Translations under genes and position numbers: made by a program
Notes under the pieces: model-generated
Seen by the model: only the letters and a program-made list of their open reading frames with translations
Told to the model about the DNA's origin: nothing
Database searches by the model: none
Shown here: piece after piece, positions 61,119 to 64,000 of the stretch
How positions within the stretch are numbered: position 1 is the first letter of the stretch
How the letters are laid out: every line of letters starts with the position of its first letter
Assembly: GCA_024137785.1 (NCBI GenBank)
Contig: JAHRHZ010000282.1
Span: forward strand, 372,001 to 436,000
Direction: 5' to 3'
Length of the DNA stretch: 64,000 bases
Source of the DNA: Ginglymostoma cirratum
Taxonomy: Eukaryota

Positions 61119-61190
61119 TGCCTGGTGGTCTACTGTTTAGAGTTTAACTCTATCACCGTTGTGGCCCGTGTTTGAACTCCAGTCAAAGAA
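61119..61190 (+). pseudogene. tRNA-Glu(CTC)-derived pseudogene
   Basis: TGCCTGGTGGTCTACTGTTTAGAGTTTAACTCTATCACCGTTGTGGCCCGTGTTTGAACTCCAGTCAAAGAA, 72 nt, collinear with tRNA-Glu. Confidence 0.75.
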
Positions 61191-62529
61191 GGAGAATTAA
61201 TTGTTCTTGTATGAACTGTTAAAAAAAAACAGCATTACTCACAGAGATAAAATCAAAAACACAGTAGCTTTGCCAGAATTACTGAGTGTTTTACATCGTG
61301 ATGACTATCATCCAGGGCAGCAAGTACATCGCATATTCCTATGCTTCTCTATTTGTTTTCTTCTAACTACTGGCCTCAGTACTACTTAAGTCTGTTCCTT
61401 ATTGAAACACACAAGTTTCTTTGAGAGTTTGACAGCTCGGATATGTCAAGGTTGCTTCACCTCCTGGGACAATGTTCGACCAGATGGCATAATCTCAGAA
61501 TAAGAGGCATACAGAAATAAGGAGGAAATTCTTCTCTGAGATCTGTGAATCTGTGAAACTCTTTATCACAGAAGTCTGTGGCGGCTGAATCATTAAGGAT
61601 ATACAAGGATGCGATTTGCAGATTTTTAATCAGTGAGTGAGTCAAGAGTTATGGGAAAAGGCAGGAATGTGGGTTTGAGTTTTTTCAGGTCAACAAGGTT
61701 CTACCTGAGGAGATCATGACTCAAGAAATGAAAGTATATTTCACTGGTGTGGTTCATAAAATGTGACTTTTCTATGATGGAAAGGGACAAGAATCCTTCC
61801 AACGTGTCACATCAGTCGATGCCCCCGAGAACATAAGAATCGTTGTTCCAGCCTCTTCAAAAAGTGGATGGTGTTTCGACTGTCTCTGCTAAGTCTGACC
61901 GTTCACCCTTTATTCTCCTCTGATTCCCGTTCCCAAAGACTTTTTAAGATTCACAAAGCTCAAGACTGGGTTTTCTGATCTGCTTCCTTTCTATTTCCAG
62001 GAGCCACACTGAATAGGTTAGTGGATTTGGGAAATGTAAGGTTGCACATGAGCAGCCTGTTTCAATATTTCAGCTGCCCCTTCTGCGAAGACTCCAGATA
62101 TTCTGGATCACATGTTTAGCTAAGACAATGCTCATTCTTCAACATCAAGAATTAAAATCTGATCATGGCTCTGGGACAATGCAAAAGAGCTTAGTTTAGA
62201 AGGGTAGTAATGTTGAAATTGCTCACGAACCAGGTCGGAATCGTGTCGACAATCTGCTGATCCATAGAAATGCACATTATCCATTGGTAGCGACGTTTAG
62301 CTCATACATGCTGTGGAGAAATGGTGTTAAAAGAGGCATGAACTGGAATGTTGAACAACCATCGAAGTACCGGAGCATTCGAAAGCAACCAACGTGATAT
62401 CCCTCCTAACCAAAATAGTGGAGAGGCGAGCCGGGCCTGGGGATGCGGGTGCGGGGTGGGGGCGGGGTCTGGTGCGCAGGAAGACACAAAAAAGAGTAAG
62501 CTCAGGCCGATCAGTTGAACCATAATTGT

Positions 62530-63420
62530 CGGAAAAGTAAAGTGATTTAAGAATGCAATAGCAGTATATTTGGAAAATCATAATCTAATCAAGCAGAGAC
62601 TGCATGGCTTCATAAAGTAAAACCATGTATGACTAATTTATTAGTTTTTCAAGCAAGTCTCAGTCAGAGTTGATAGAGTGGTACCAGTATATGTGTCGCA
62701 TTTGCACTTACAGAAGACTTTCGCAAATGTATCTCACAAAAAGTTGTCACAAGAGTCTACGGTGTTGAAGGTAGCATAATGGCATCGATAGAAAATTGGC
62801 TCATTGGCAGGAATCAACCAGTGGGAATGAAGGATTCTTTCACAATTTGGCAAACAGTAACCAATGGAATTCCACAGCGTTCATTGGTGGGACTGCAACA
62901 TTGCGCAATATATATTCATAAAGTAGAGGAAGGAAATGAAAGTAATTTAGCCAATATTGTAGACAACACAAAAATAGACAAGTTGTGTGAGGGATGCAGA
63001 TAGTTTATAGAGAGTTTTTGATAGGTTCAATAAATGGGCCAGAAGTTGACAAATGATGTATAATGTGGAAAATGCGGTGGTCATTTAAAAATGGGACCAA
63101 GGAACAGAATATTATTTAAATTGAGAAAGAAAAACTGAAGAAAGCTGAAACACGAAGGGATTTGTTGGTACTTGTGCATGAAACACAGAAAGCTACCATA
63201 AAGGTGCAGCAGGTAATCAGGAAGGCTAATTGAATGTTGGCCCTTATTTCATGGTGTTCCTTTGTAAAAATAGTGACGTGGTGCTGCAAATGTAAAAGGT
63301 ACTGTTGAGACCATATCTGGAGTACTGTGAGTAGTTTGGCCGCCTTATTTAGGTAAAGATATTATTTCATTGTATGAAATTCACAGAGGATTTTCTAAGA
63401 TGATCCCTGGTATGGGTAAA
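62530..63420 (+). mobile_element. CR1-type LINE RT fragment
   Basis: IENWLIGRNQPVG, WQTVTNGIPQRSLVG, IVDNTKI and VLLRPYLEYCE motifs. Confidence 0.8.
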
Positions 63421-64000
63421 CTCTCTTTTATTAGGGATAATTATTGCCTGGGATGGACGGAGAAGGCATATTATTTTCATTGTCAGTTCAAACCCGAATA
63501 TTGTTCAGGTCTTGCGCTAAAATGAATGGACTGTTTCAGAACCTGAAGACTCAGCAATAGTGTTGAGTACTGTACAACCATCAAGGAGCATCCACACTTC
63601 TAACCGTACATTGGAGGGAAGATCCTTGAAAGGGCAACTGAATATATCTTGTTATAGAATGATTTGTGATTTCTCCAGCGATACTGTAAGGCTGAGTGGA
63701 ATGGCCTTCAAAAACCACAATCAATTTTATTTGTGTCATAGAATCATGGAGATACCTTCGGAGATTTCGTTGGTTCTGCTGATGTTATGCTCGATCAAAT
63801 GTCAACTTGATGTCACAGCAGACATTTCGAGTCACAACTGAAGCCCAGTTCTTTTATGCATGCTTGGACCAAGGGTATAATGAAGGCAGAAGCTGGGTGA
63901 CCCCAGCGGAAAGTAAATCGCATAGAATTTAATAGGTTATTCTTTTCCATGAGCTGGTTGACAGCACTGATGACAATGGCTTCCGTCACTGTACAGATGA

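Overview
Eukaryotic, TE-rich genomic DNA, almost certainly from a shark (HE1-type tRNA-derived SINEs, CR1 LINEs, Penelope-like elements); a carpet shark is plausible but not provable. The window lies in a V-gene region of an antigen-receptor locus, most likely TCR alpha/delta. It contains the leader and 5' half of a NAR-TCR-type V segment (left edge, minus strand), one fully intact TCR V gene with a consensus 23-RSS (45687-46182), two open-frame V segments with damaged splice signals, and about 7-9 further decayed V relics in both orientations. Interleaved with them are at least eight dead tRNA genes of six isotypes, four relics of shark GPR139-like GPCR genes, several CTCF-type motifs (two just 3' of V RSSs), Penelope termini with minimal hammerhead ribozyme cores, and local segmental duplications. 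Most ORFs in the supplied track are spurious. All family assignments come from manual reading and recall of consensus motifs, not from database searches; TE boundaries are approximate.
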